NCBI RefSeq assembly: GCF_032444005.1
Contig: NC_091285.1
Span: 669,848,001 to 669,912,000, forward strand
Direction: 5' to 3'
Length of the DNA stretch: 64,000 nucleotides
DNA from: Ranitomeya imitator
Taxonomy: Eukaryota
Below are positions 49,181 to 60,939 of the stretch, piece after piece. Every line of letters begins with the position of its first letter. Within the stretch, counting starts at the first letter, position 1. The notes beneath the pieces are model-generated. The model worked only from the letters and a program-made list of their open reading frames with translations, did no database searches and was not told where the DNA came from. Made by a program: the position numbers and the translations under genes.

Positions 49181-49700
49181 TATGTACCAAGAAGGGGCAA
49201 GGATCGGGGACATATATAATACCAGGATGGGGGACATACAGTATATACTAGGAAGTGGCCCAGGATGGAGGACATATACCAGGAAGGACCCTAGGATGGG
49301 GGACATATATACCAGGAAGGGCCCCAGGATGGGGGACATATATACCAGGATGGGGGACATATATATACTAGGAAGGGCCCCAGGATGGGGGACATATATA
49401 CCAGGATGGGGGACATATATATACTAGGAAGGGCCCCAGGATGGGGAACATATATACCAGGATGGGGCCTTGTATGGGGGACATATATACCAGGATGGAG
49501 CCTAGGATGGGGGACATATATACCAGGATGGGGCCTAGGATGGGGGACACATATACCAGAAAGAAACCCAGGATGGCGGACATATAAATCAGGATGGCGG
49601 ACTTTATATACCAGGATGGGAGACATGATCGGGGACATATATACTATACTATACATCCCCACAGGATGGGGGACATTAGTACAGGATGGGGGACATTGCT
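49181..49700. repeat. 22-23-bp minisatellite, right part; element end ctagttacaccactg at 49836-49850
   Basis: Continues the unit interrupted at the TA where Tc1 inserted; followed by a hAT-like right terminus. Confidence 0.85.
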
Positions 49701-49879
49701 ACATAATGAAAGAGGGGCATGGGGGAAACACGTATGTCTTTATAGGATTTAGAATGCTACAAGGGCCCATACATCTGACCACCTACATGCAGGGGTGCCC
49801 AGGTCCAAAGTTTGCACCAGGGCCCATCGGACAGACTAGTTACACCACTGTATGCAGCTAAATGAAAGATAAGCAAGGA

Positions 49880-52507
49880 TGTAGCAGAGTTATAAAAGCG
49901 GACACTGATTGCAGTATTGGAACAAGGATGTAGCAGAGTTATAACAGCGGAGGCTGATAGCAGTGCTGGAACAAGGATGTGGCATAGTTATAACAGTGGA
50001 GGCTGATAGCAGTGCTGGAACAAGGATGTAGCAGAGTTATAACAGCGGAGGCTGATAGCAGTGCTGGCGTAAGGATGTAGCAGAGTTATAACAGCGGAGG
50101 CTGATAGCAGTGCTGGAGTAAGGATGTAGCAGAGTTATAACAGCGGAGGCTGATAGCAGTGCTGGAGTAAGGATGTAGCAGAGTTATAACAGTGTAGGCT
50201 GATAGCCATGCTGGAATTAGGATGTAGCAAAGTTACAACAGCGGAGGCTGATAGCAGTGCTGGAACAGGGATGTAGCAGAGTTATAACAGTGGAGGTTGA
50301 TAGCAGTGCTGGAATAAAGATGTAGCAGAGTTATAACAGCGGAGGCTGATAGCAGTGCTGGAATAAGAATGTAGCAGAGTGAAAACAGCGGAGGCTGAGT
50401 GCAGTGCTGGAACGAGGATGTAGCAGAGTTATAACAGGGGAGGCTGATAGCAGTGCTGGAACAAGGATGTAGCAGAGTTATAACAGGGGAGGCAGATAGC
50501 AGTGCTAGAACAAGGATGTAGCAGAGTTATAATAGCGGAGGCTGATAGCAGTGCTGGAACAGGGATATAGCAGAGTTATAACAGTGGAGGCTGATAGCCA
50601 TGCTGGAATAAGGATGTAGCAGAGTTACAACAGCGGAGGCTGATAGCAGTGCTGGAACAGGGATGTAGAAGAGTTATAACAGTGGAGGCTGATAGCAGTG
50701 CTGGAATAAGAATGTAGCAGAGCTATAATAGCGGAGGCTGATAGCAGTGCTGGAACAAGGATGTAGCAGAGTTATAACGGGATGCTGATAGCACTGCTGG
50801 AACAAGGATGTAGCAGAGTTATAATAGCGGAGGCTGATAGCAGTGCTGGAACAGGGATATAGCAGAGTTATAACAGTGGAGGCTGATAGCCATGCTGGAA
50901 TAAGGATGTAGCAGAGTTACAACAGCGGAGGCTGATAGCAGTGCTGGAACAGGGATGTAGAAGAGTTATAACAGTGGAGGCTGATAGCAGTGCTGGAATA
51001 AGAATGTAGCAGAGCTATAATAGCGGAGGCTGATAGCAGTGCTGGAACAAGGATGTAGCAGAGTTATAACGGGATGCTGATAGCACTGCTGGAACAAGGA
51101 TGTAGCAGAGTTATAACAGCGGAGGCTGATAGCAGTGCTGGAGTAAGGATGTAGCAGAGTTATAACAGCGGAGGCTGATAGCAGTGCTGGAGTAAGGATG
51201 TAGCAGAGTTATAACAGCGGAGGCTGATAGCAGTGCTGGAGTAAGGATGTAGCAGAGTTATAACAGCGGACGCTGATAGCAGTGCTGGAGTAAGGATGTA
51301 GCAGAGTTATAACAGTGGAGGCTGATAGCAGTGCTGGAATAAGGATGTAGCAGAGTTATAACAGTGTAGGCTGATAGCCATGCTGGAATTAGGATGTAGC
51401 AGAGTTACAACAGCGGAGGCTGATAGCAGTGCTGGAACAGGGATGTAGCAGAGTTATAACAGTGGAGGTTGATAGCAGTGCTGGAATAAAGATGTAGCAG
51501 AGTTATAACAGCGGAGGCTGATAGCAGTGCTGGAATAAGGGTGTAGCAGAGTTATAACAGTGGAGGCTGATAGCAGTGCTGGAATAAGAATGTAGCAGAG
51601 TGAAAACAGCGGAGGCTGAGTGCAGTGCTGGAACGAGGATGTAGCAGAGTTATAACAGGGGAGGCTGATAGCAGTGCTGGAACAAGGATGTAGCAGAGTT
51701 ATAACAGGGGAGGCAGATAGCAGTGCTAGAACAAGGATGTAGCAGAGTTATAATAGCGGAGGCTGATAGCAGTGCTGGAACAGGGATATAGCAGAGTTAT
51801 AACAGTGGAGGCTGATAGCCATGCTGGAATAAGGATGTAGCAGAGTTACAACAGCGGAGGCTGATAGCAGTGCTGGAACAGGGATGTAGAAGAGTTATAA
51901 CAGTGGAGGCTGATAGCAGTGCTGGAATAAGAATGTAGCAGAGCTATAATAGCGGAGGCTGATAGCAGTGCTGGAACAAGGATGTAGCAGAGTTATAACG
52001 GGATGCTGATAGCACTGCTGGAACAAGGATGTAGCAGAGTTATAATAGCGGAGGCTGATAGCAGTGCTGGAACAGGGATATAGCAGAGTTATAACAGTGG
52101 AGGCTGATAGCCATGCTGGAATAAGGATGTAGCAGAGTTACAACAGCGGAGGCTGATAGCAGTGCTGGAACAGGGATGTAGAAGAGTTATAACAGTGGAG
52201 GCTGATAGCAGTGCTGGAATAAGAATGTAGCAGAGCTATAATAGCGGAGGCTGATAGCAGTGCTGGAACAAGGATGTAGCAGAGTTATAACAGTGGAGGC
52301 TGATAGCAGTGCTGGAATAAGAATGTAGCAGAGTTATAATAGCGGAGGCTGATAGCTGTGCTGGAACAAGGATGTAGCAGAGTTATAACGGGATGCTGAT
52401 AGCACTGCTGGAACAAGGATGTAGCAGAGTTATAATAGCAGAGGCTGATAGCACTGCTGGAACAAGGATGTAGAAAACATAACAGGGGACGCTGATAGCA
52501 GTGCTGG
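49880..52507. repeat. 49-bp satellite, ~53 copies, with higher-order structure
   Basis: Unit aggatgtagcagagttataacagcggaggctgatagcagtgctggaaca. Confidence 0.96.
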
Positions 52508-53158
52508 TGTCAGGACCCCACAGGGGACGGTCAGCAGATGGCACACGACACACTCAACAGGATGGTAAAGGGGAGAAGAAGCCCTAAAAATAGGGAATGA
52601 GGGATGGGACACCTCCTTAGCTCCAACCTGAGCCTGTCCATGCACTCCTCTAATGCCCTAAGCGGGTCCTTTCCCCCACAGCTGTCAGTAATCCTGTACC
52701 TCGCTGTCACCTCACACTGCCCTGGCTAGTGCACTGTCTGGCAAGGGCGCAAGCCTCCCCACTGCAGATGGTGCAAACACGGGGTAGTGACAAGCACAAG
52801 ACAGACAAGGTAAAAACACAAAACTTAGCTCCAGGCACCACTGCCAAGCTCCACACCCCAGAGGACGGAAACAGGACCCTGAACTCCAGAAGTAGCTGAT
52901 ACAGCGCTGACGCCAGAGAGCTGCACACTCCAGGGCTGGTCTGCATAGAAATACTCTATCACCAACAGTCAGCTGATGCATCAGGTGACCATTTAAAGGA
53001 TGGTGGGAGTGGTCACCACCCACATCAGCTGACCTAGCAACTCAGCAGCTGCCAGCAAGGAAAACTGACATTAACCTCTGCTGGCCTGAAAGGGAAAAAT
53101 ATACATTTAAATTATAGTGGACCCAGAGCTGCTACGAATCCAAAAATGGATGGTGACA
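52508..53158. mobile_element. Solo LTR inserted in the last 49-bp unit
   Basis: TGTCA...TGACA, 651 bp; exact 5-bp TSD GCTGG; a degenerate satellite unit resumes after it. Confidence 0.88.
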
Positions 53159-54145
53159 GCTGGGACTATGATGTAGCAAAGTTGTACTAATTTAGTCTAA
53201 GAGGATGAGGAATTCCAGCACTATGTAGTGGCAGAACTCCAACTACCAAAATATTCCTCAAGCAGTCTCCTGCCGCCTGATCCGAGTTGTGTGGCCTGAC
53301 TAGAGGCATCACAGGAGTGTGTCAGGTTGCCACAGCAAATCGACTCACAGAAGCAAACAAAACAGGATGATGTAGAAAAGCAACAAGGATCTCACCACTG
53401 GCACCAGGAAAAGGTGAGTAACATGCACAATAACACTGTAGGTTTATAGTGAGTGTTTATCTCGCCCCAGGGCTGGATGCACAGCTACATTGCCCAGTAC
53501 TGATGTATAATATCCTGCATAGAATCAGGAGAGCAGAAATTCCTCAGGTCTGGGTGTGCCGTATATGGGAGACATCATAATACCTAGTCTCCACCCAGTA
53601 GCTTAAAGACTAATGAAAACCGATGAAAAGGCAGTGCTGACTGGTTTAGGTGCTAATTACAAAAATATGAGACTACGTAGCTTGTAGTGTGAATTACAGC
53701 ATACCGACAGATCTATAACAGTATCTATGCTGTATATGAAGTGTCCTGCCAGTCTCGGCGGTGGCCCAGTTTCGGCACCAGCGGCCCGTCCCGTTGGGTC
53801 ATGGTGGAGCAGCCTCTCCCACGTACATTTGGGTGATGTTTCCGCTTGAACCGCATTTAATTAGAGAAATGTCTCATCGTTAGACAAAGAAGCCTGTAAC
53901 CCCTTGTGTCCATCTGTCAGATCTGTCACACAGCATTAGGATGAGGCATAAGCAGATGGCGCAGGGGGACGACACCTCCTGTTTCATCGGGGATTTGGAA
54001 AGCTTAAGTGCTGCCATCCAGCACCGAGACACGACGTTACCCCGCCGAAGCCTCTTCTCTCATTTTATAGGATTTTGGGGCTCACAAAACAATATTCACA
54101 CCCAGACACAATTCAACCTCAGCAAATAAATGTTATTTTAGTATA

Positions 54146-54948
54146 CACTCAGGATAAATGAGTACACCCTCTTTGAAAAGTACAATTTTAATCAATTTCG
54201 CGCTTCAACACGATAAAAATCTCCAAATTGTTGACAACTCTGAGTTTCATAGAACATTTTTTACCTGATAACTTGAGAGTAAGGTGAATAATATAACTTT
54301 CATTATGGAATCTTCCGCAGAGGCTTCCCTCGTAGACGCTCCCATGCTGCCGTTCCTCTGCAGTGTACGCCGGACCCTGTCACCCCGGTTTGGCTTTCTG
54401 CTTCTTTATCTAACAGCAGTGATCTTACAGGTCGATTTTCTTCATCCCTTCTCATGAGACGCTCCTGTCTAGGTGGTGACTTCCATGCTCGGCCCGGACG
54501 TCTCTGTGAGATGGTCGCAGTTTCATCTTCCATTGCTCCAGTATCTGACCCATAAGTAAAACTTTGTTGATCTTCTTGTAGCTTTCACCTTTCTTGTGTA
54601 AAGAAATGATTTTCTTTCTCAGGTCTGGTGACATTTCTCTTCCATGTGGTGCCATTGCCGTCAACATGAAATGTGATGTAATAACCTGGACTCTTGTCAA
54701 TTAGAGTTTTTTAGTCTAAACTTCAGCTTTGCTACTAATACTTTCATTAGGGTGTACTTCTTTTTGCAACATGGACTTGAATGAATTTGCTAGCAAAATT
54801 CCTTTTTTGGGTGTGCAAAGTAACAAATCTGATTACATTTGTAGGAGTATTTTGTAGTATCGTGTCCCACAAAAAATGCTGAATCTGAAAGGAAGTTAAA
54901 GGTTTTCTGACGTATCTGTTGGGGTGTGCTCATTTATGCAGAACACTG
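54146..54948 (-). mobile_element. Internally deleted Tc1-like element
   Basis: Terminal ataaatgagtacaccc / ggggtgtgctcatttatgcagaacactg-TA; transposase start MAPHGREMSPDLRKKIISLHKKG at 54655. Confidence 0.8.
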
Positions 54949-55113
54949 TATATATATTCTGTATCATTCCCAACAGTTTTCAAGATCTCTGATTGATTAC
55001 ATAGGAATTCCATAATATTCAATTTGCAGGGGCTACAAAGCAGTGGTGGTCACAAGTTATTGCTCTGATAACTCTGGCCGGCTGGGACGTCATGGTCCAT
55101 AATGTCAGAAGTA

Positions 55114-57381
55114 CAACCCCTGGCAAAAATTATGGAATCACCGGCCTTGGAGGATGTTCATTCAATTGTTTAATTTTGTAGAAAAAAGCAGATCACAGAC
55201 ATGGAACAAAACTAAAGTAATTTCAAATGACAACTTTCTGGCTTTAAGAAACACTAAAAGAAATCAAGAACAAAAAATGTGGTAGTCAGTAATGGTTACT
55301 TTTTTTAACCAAGCATAGGGGAAAAATTATGGAATCACTCAATTCTGAGGAAAAAAATATGGAATCACCCTGTAAATTTTCATACCCAAAATAACACCTA
55401 CATCAAATTAGATCTGCTCGTTAGTCTGCATCTAAAAGGGAGTGATCACACTTTGGAGAGATGTTGCACCAAGTGGACTGACATGAATCATGGCTCCAAC
55501 AGGAGAGATGTCAATTGAAACAAAGGAGAGGATTATCAAACTCTTAAAAGAGGGTAAATCATCACGCAATGTTACAAAAGATGTTGGTTGTTCACAGTCA
55601 GCTGTGTCTAAAATCTGGGCCAAATACAAACAACATGGGAAGGTTGTTAAAGGCAAACATACTGGTAGACCAAGGAAAACATCAAAGCGTCAAGACCGGA
55701 AACTTAAAGCAATATGTCTCCAAAACAGGAAATGCACAACAAAACAAATGAGGAACAAATGGGTGGAAACTGGAGTCAATGTCTGTGACCGAACTGTAAG
55801 AAACCGCCTAAAGGAAAAGGGATTTACATACAGAAAAGCTAAACGACAGCCATCATTAACACCTAAACAGAAAAAAACAAGGTTACAATGGGCTAAGGAA
55901 AAGCAATCGTTGACTGTGGATGACTGGATGAAAGTCATATTCAGTGATGAATCGCGAATCTGCATTGGGCAAGGTGATGATGCTGGAACTTTTGTTTGGT
56001 GCCGTTCCAATTAGATTTATAAAGATGACTGCCTGAAGAGAACATGCAAATTTCCACAGTCATAGATAATATGGGGCTGCATGTCAGGTAAAGGCACTGG
56101 GGAGATGGCTGTCATTACATCTTCAATAAATGCGCAAGTTTATGTTGATATTTTGGACACTTTTCTTATCCCATCAAATGAAAGGGCGCATGGGAACCGC
56201 GGCTGCACTTTCCCTCCTGCACTAGATACCTTCGCATTTAATTACAGGTAATGTACTCCCTGGCTACTTTACCCTATTTTGGCAGGTTTTCATTGTTGCA
56301 CCCTATTAAGGTAGTATTCGCCTTTACATTAGCAGGTCCTTTCTTGCCTTGTATTTGGGATAGATTGATACTTACCTGTTACCTGGTGCCTGGTTATTTC
56401 TATCCATTTATAGGATATTTCTATGCCTTAGGGGGTTGCACCTTGTACTACATCCAGATAACTTTGCATGAGGTCATCTAGTTTGCTCTAATTTTCATAC
56501 TTTATTACCATCCTATAGTATTGTTAGTGATCTAAACATTTGTCTAGTCCCCTTTGGGTCAGTGCAGTCTCGTTCTCTCTAGTCTGGTGGTTTAAACCCC
56601 CTCCTTCCCTTTGCGTTTTCTCCCCATGTCTAATGTTTTATATTACTGTTTAAATTGTGTTTCAATAAAATTACTACTTTTTTTAAAAATATCATCCCCT
56701 TTCATTTCACTTCGGTTTCTGTTGTGGTATTACACGATAGAATATGTGATTTACTTTTCTTATCCCATCAAATGAAAGGATGTTTGGGGATGATGAAATC
56801 ATTTTTCAGGATGAGAATGCATCCAGCCATAGAGCAAAAACTGTGCAAACATTCCCTGAAAAAAGACACATAAGGTCAATGTCATGGCCGGCAAATAGTC
56901 CGGATCTCAATCCAATTGGAAATCTTTGGTGGAAGTTGCAGAAAATGGTCCATGACAAGAATCCAACCTGCAAAGCTGATCTGGCAACAGCAATCAGAGA
57001 AAGTTGGAGCCAGATTGATGAAGAGTCCTGTGTGACCCTCATTAGTCCAGGCCTCAGAGACCGCAAACTGTAATAAACGCCAGAGGTGGAGCAACAAAAT
57101 ACTAGTGATGTTTTTTTGTCTGTTTGGTTTTCATGATTCCATAATTTTGTCCTCAGAATTGAGTGATTCCATAATTTTTCCCCTATGCTTGGTTACAAAA
57201 AGTAACCGTTACTGACTACCACATTGTTTGTTCTTGATTTCTTTCTTAAAGCCAGAAAGTTGCCATTTGAAATGACTTTAGTTTTGTCCCATGTCTGTGA
57301 GCTGCTTTTTTTTCTACAAAATTAAACAACTGAATGAACATCCTCCAAGGCCGGTGATTCCATCATTTTTGCCAGGGGTTG
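55114..57381 (+). mobile_element. Tc1-like transposon of IR/DR type, inactive
   Basis: TA|CAACCCCTGGCAAAAA...TTTTTGCCAGGGGTTG|TA; long TIRs with internal direct repeats. Transposase from 55490 (HTH, VIFSDESR) with TAG stops and NPIGNLW (E to G); interrupted at 56186. Confidence 0.95.
56186..56752. mobile_element. Unclassified 567-bp insertion flanked by a 27-bp direct duplication
   Basis: acttttcttatcccatcaaatgaaagg at 56159-56185 and 56753-56779; the insert has AATAAA and no TIR or LTR ends. Confidence 0.75.
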
Positions 57382-58404
57382 TATGAAACTGGCCTTACTG
57401 TATGAACCATGCAGCTGTGTGCAATGAGGTCCAGAAAATGAGCCGTAAGGAAGCTCATGGAGCCTAATCAGGGATGCAGGCCATGTTTGGTAGCATCTGT
57501 GGATTTAACATGTGTCTCCTTGTACCCCTAATCAAACCACTGCCAAATTTATGTCAAAAGACATGCCCATTCGGAAATGACTGATGGCTTCCACTTTATT
57601 TGGGCTCCGTAACGCGACAATCGGGCGACTCCAGACGAAGTTACCTTCATATCTTATTTACTCTTCCTAAGACTTTCGAAGCGGATAATATCCAGCCTCC
57701 CATTGCTTTTCTCCTCCCTCTATCACCCGCCTTATTTTCCTTTCCCACATCCCTTGGTTAATTATTACCTCTATTCTTATGCTGATACCATTCTGATTTA
57801 GAGGTAATGCCAATTTGTCAGCTCTAAGCTGAACTTCCACAGTCAGACTCCTCCCAAGACTCTCCACTTAGCAGGGTTCAGAGGTGCTGTGGTTCTTACC
57901 CTTTAACGCCTATATATCGGAATCTGCAGGGGTCCCCATGTTGTATCTGAGGAGTATCTGCCGACCGGGAACAGAACCAGAAAGACAGGGACAAGGACAA
58001 ACATGTACCCAAATGTGAGCTCAGGGAAAGTCGAGTCAGGGTCCAAGAAGTCAATCAGAATAAATAGGAAGAAAGGAGTCAGGGAGTCCAAAAGCGAAAC
58101 CAGTTAGGGCATGCAAAGGTTAATAATGAGAGCGCAGCAATTAAAAAACACCATGGTGTTATTCAAAAGGTATCTACGCTGGTGACAGGACATAGGGGAG
58201 AGGCTACTGGTCACCAAACCCTTGAGCAAGCTGCTGTGAACACAGGTCACCAACTAATTGGCCTTTAAAAGTTTCTATCATTCTGGAATGATCAGTGCTA
58301 GAACAGAGGCAGGTAAAGTTGTGGCCAATGGTTTTTCACCAGGACCCCTCATAACACTTTTAGTCAACTTTTTACTGTGGAATTACCTTTAACCACAAGC
58401 TGAA

Positions 58405-60935
58405 AACCTGAAGACACCCTCTCAGAGTACACTAGGTTTATAACACCTGAGAACACCCCCTGTAAGTACATTAGGGTTATAACACCTGAGGACACCCCTG
58501 TAAGTACATTAGGGTTATAACACCTGAGGACGCCCTCTCAGAGTACACTAGGTTTATAACACCTGAGGACACCCCCTGTAAGTACATTAGGGTTATAACA
58601 CCTGAGGACACCCCCTGTAAGTACATTAGGGTTATAACACCTGAGGACGCCCTCTCAGAGTACACTAGGTTTATAACACCTGAGAACACCCCCTGTAAGT
58701 ACATTAGGGTTATAACACCTGAGAACACGCCTGTAAGTACATTAGGGTTATAACACCTGAGGACACCCCCTGTAAGTACATTAGGGTTATAACACCTGAG
58801 GACACCCCCTGTAAGTACATTAGGGTTATAACACCTGAGGACACCCCCTGTAAGTACATTAGGGTTATAACACCTGAGGACACCCCCTGTAAGTACATTA
58901 GGGTTATAACACCTGAGGACACCCCCTGTAAGTACATTAGGGTTATAACACCTGAGAACACGCCTGTAAGTACATTAGGGTTATAACACCTGAGGACACC
59001 CCCTGTAAGTACATTAGGGTTATAACTCCTGAGGACAGCCCCTGTAAGTACATTAGGGTTATAACTCCTGAGGACACCCCCTGTAAGTACATTAAGGTTA
59101 TAACACCTGAAGACACCCTCTCAGAGTACACTAGGTTTATAACACCTGAGAACACCCCCTGTAAGTACATTAGGGTTATAACACCTGAGGACACCCCCTG
59201 TAAGTACATTAGGGTTATAACTCCTGAGGACACCCCCTGTAAGTATATTAGGGTTATAACACCTGAGGACGCCTCCTGTAAGTACATTAGGGTTATAACA
59301 CCTGAGAACACCCCTGTAAGTACATTAGGGTTATAACACCTGAGGACACCCCCTGTAAGTACATTAGGGTTATAACACCTGAGGACACCCCTGTAAGTAC
59401 ATTAGGGTTATAACACCTGAGAACACCCCTGTAAGTACATTAGGGTTATAACACCTGAGAACACCCCCTGTAAGTACATTAGGGTTATAACTCCTGAGGA
59501 CAGCCCCTGTAAGTACATTAGGGTTATAACTCCTGAGGACACCCCCTGTAAGTACATTAAGGTTATAACACCTGAAGACACCCTCTCAGAGTACACTAGG
59601 TTTATAACACCTGAGAACACCCCCTGTAAGTACATTAGGGTTATAACACCTGAGAACACCCCTGTAAGTACATTAGGGTTATAACTCCTGAGGACACCCC
59701 CTGTAAGTACATTAAGGTTATAACACCTGAAGACACCCTCTCAGAGTACACTAGGTCTAAAACACCTGAGAACACCCCCTGTAAGTACATTAGGGTTATA
59801 ACACCTGAGGACACCCCCTGTAAGTACATTAGGGTTATAACTCCTGAGGACACCCTCTGTAAGTATATTAGGGTTATAACACCTGAGGACGCCTCCTGTA
59901 AGTACATTAGCGTTATAACACCTGAGAACACGCCTGTAAGTGCATTAGGGTTATAACACCTGAGGACACCCCCTGTAAGTACATTAGGGTTATAACACCT
60001 GAGAACACCCCTGTAAGTACATTAGGGTTATAACACCTGAGGACACCCCCTGTAAGTACATTAGGGTTATAACACCTGAGGACACCCCCTGTAATTACAT
60101 TAGGGTTATAACACCTGAGGATACCCCCTGTAAGTACATTAGGGTTATAAAACCTGAGAACACCCCTGTAAGTACATTAGGGTTATAACACTTGAGGACA
60201 CCCCCTGTAAGTACATTAGGGTTATAACTCCTGAGGACGCCTCCTGTAAGTACATTAGGGTTATAACACCTGAGGACACCCCCTGTAAGTACATTAGGGT
60301 TATAACACCTGAGAACACCCCTGTGAGTACATTAGGGTTATAACACCTGAGAACACCCCTGTAAGTACATTAGGGTTATAACTCCTGAGGACGCCTCCTG
60401 TAAGTACATTAGGGTTATAACACCTGAGGACACCCCCTGTATGTACATTAGGGTTATAACACCTGAGAACACCCCCTGTATGTACATTAGGGTTATAACG
60501 CCTGAGAACACCCCCTGTATGTACATTAGGGTTATAACACCTGAGAACACCCCCTGTAAGTACATTAGGGTTATAACGCCTGAGAACACCCCCTGTATGT
60601 ACATTAGGGTTATAACTCCTGAGGACACCCCCTGTAAGTACATTAGGGTTATAACACCTGAGAACACCCCCTGTAAGTACATTAGGGTTATAACACCTGA
60701 GGACACCCCCTGTAAGTACATTAGGGTTATAACACCTGAGAACACCCCCTGTAGGTACATTAGGGTTATAACACCTGAGGACACCCCCTGTAAGTACATT
60801 AGGGTTATAACACCTGAGGACGCCTCCTGTAAGTACACTAGCCTTATTATAACCCCAGTGTACTTAGATGGGTGTCTTCAGGTGACATAACCCTAGTGTA
60901 CTTAGCTGGGGTGTCCTCAAGTGTTATAAGCCTTA
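58405..60935. repeat. 38-39-bp satellite, ~63 copies, with inverted terminal units
   Basis: Unit ccctgtaagtacattagggttataacacctgaggacacc. Confidence 0.96.
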
Positions 60936-60939
60936 CTCT

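Noticed and set aside
55490-57073. Active Tc1 transposase
   Set aside because: It has in-frame TAG stops, a 567-bp insertion, and the catalytic E replaced by G.
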